This document shows, in pieces, positions 62,714 to 64,000 of a stretch of 64,000 nucleotides of DNA (within the stretch, counting starts at the first letter, position 1; every line of letters begins with the position of its first letter). Both the position numbers and the translations under genes were made by a program. Under the pieces are notes generated by a model. It did not search any database, was not told the DNA's origin, and saw nothing but the letters and a program-made list of their open reading frames with translations. Source of the stretch: a virus; IMG/VR virus record IMGVR_UViG_3300048606_000091; one strand, 5' to 3'.

Positions 62714-63186
62714 TTGATCTCCGTCAACCGCTGCACGTAGTCCGGTACCTCACCCAGCGGTTGCGAAGAGTACAGCTCCGCTGCCCAGTCCGGCAGAGCC
62801 CTTCGCAGGGCTCTCGCTTGACCCCTTCGGGTGCGTGGCGGTTGCTCCCGACACCATGGGCCACCCGGCGGAACGGCGGGGACCAGCTGCAGGCTCCACC
62901 GACGTCTGCGCGGCGCCTCTCGCTCTTCCTGCCACAACGAGACCGAGTAGATGGCGGGACCGTCCGCCTTCTTGGTGTTGCATGTCACGCACAAGATGGT
63001 GGCGTTTTCCATTTGCGAGGTGCCGCCCCGCGAGCGCGGCCAGATGTGGTCCAGGGTCAGCTGGGCGGCCGTGCCCCATTCGTTGACACAGCCGCACACA
63101 CGACACCGCTCAAGACCCAACCTGATGCGCGCTCGGTACACACGCACCCAGTGGGCTTCTTTGTCCCAACTTGGATACGTCATCAT
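62710..63186 (-). CDS. HNH endonuclease
   Basis: CRVCG, LTLDHIWPRSRGG, N...LCVTCNTKK. Confidence 0.85.
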   Translation of the reverse strand: MMTYPSWDKEAHWVRVYRARIRLGLERCRVCGCVNEWGTAAQLTLDHIWPRSRGGTSQMENATILCVTCNTKKADGPAIYSVSLWQEEREAPRRRRWSLQLVPAVPPGGPWCREQPPRTRRGQARALRRALPDWAAELYSSQPLGEVPDYVQRLTEIK

Positions 63187-63304
63187 GACACAGTTCTACC
63201 GTATGAATTGATGATCTGTCGTCTGAGTTACTCGCACAAGGGAGCGGAGAGACAGACCACGGACAAAGCGAGATTACCGCAGCCAGGAGACAATCCGGAA
63301 ACGC

Positions 63305-64000
63305 CTAAAACAGCCTGATGATGTCATTAGCTGTGACCGCGACGACCAGCATGATGATCAAGGCGAACGACACACTCTTGGCCGCCATGACCGCACGAAA
63401 CGAGAGCGCGCGGCCCCGGGCGTACTCGAACGAGGTCATCAGCCACTGCCCACCGTCCAGCACCGGCAGCGGCAACAAGTTCAGCACCGCCAGGCCCATG
63501 GAGAGCAGCGAGATCAGCAGGAACAGGATGGGGAGCGAGCTGACCATCTTCGAGCCCAGGTCGGCCACACCGATGGGACCGACCAGCGCTTCATCCGACC
63601 CGTGGAAGGCGAACGTGCTCGCCATGCCGGCCGGGATGCTGGTGGTCACCAAAAAGATCATCCGGCCGAACGCGATGAAGCTGCCGACGAACGAGTCCAG
63701 GAAGTCCTGTCCACGGGCCAACTGTGCGAACAGCATGAACACCCAGCTCACCACGATGTTGACCGCCACCCCGGACAGCAGCACCGATGTCATTCTCCAC
63801 CAAGATGTCTTGCCGTACAAGCTGCCCGTTCCCTCGCTGCCATCGGGGTTCTTGTCCACCGCGAACTGGCAGTAGCCGCCCAGCGGAAGCAACGACACCC
63901 GGTACTCCGTGCCACCCCGCGTACGCCCCCACAGGCGCCGTCCGAAGCCCACGGAGAACACCGTGACCTCCACGCCCGCGCGCTTGGCGGCGACCAGGTG
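63305..64000 (-). CDS. site-2 (M50/RseP-like) intramembrane protease, 5' end outside window
   Basis: FSVGFG, LLPLGGYC, GVAVN, NLLPLPVLDGG; no PDZ-sized insert visible. Confidence 0.85.
   Translation of the reverse strand, partial: HLVAAKRAGVEVTVFSVGFGRRLWGRTRGGTEYRVSLLPLGGYCQFAVDKNPDGSEGTGSLYGKTSWWRMTSVLLSGVAVNIVVSWVFMLFAQLARGQDFLDSFVGSFIAFGRMIFLVTTSIPAGMASTFAFHGSDEALVGPIGVADLGSKMVSSLPILFLLISLLSMGLAVLNLLPLPVLDGGQWLMTSFEYARGRALSFRAVMAAKSVSFALIIMLVVAVTANDIIRLF

Overview
A 64 kb segment of a large, GC-rich actinobacterial phage or phage-plasmid-like element. Almost all genes are on the minus strand. No capsid, tail or terminase gene is recognisable in this window. It carries nucleotide and replication functions (ThyX, family A DNA polymerase, DnaB, beta-clamp, HolA- and HolB-like loader subunits, SSB, CHC2 zinc finger, an intein-containing SF1 helicase). 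It also carries recombination functions (RecA, SbcC/D-like, endonuclease VII, a Cas4-like PD-(D/E)XK nuclease, DUF932), a DNA methyltransferase, a glycosyltransferase/methyltransferase/sugar-dehydrogenase trio, a sigma-factor-like gene, a TraB/Spd-like transfer module, seven tRNA genes and several tRNA-like or structured ncRNA candidates. The standout is a terminator-bounded unit (about 12215-14730) encoding a RAMP/Cas7-like protein and a 185-aa partner, downstream of a non-CRISPR repeat array built from an anchor (GGGWWGTCR) plus 5-nt GNNNN modules. A second, longer array of the same design (about 6058-7185) lies among the tRNA genes. This looks like a candidate RNA-guided system with a pentamer-phased guide code. 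All family assignments come from motifs recognised by eye and all counts are manual; no database search or folding program was run.
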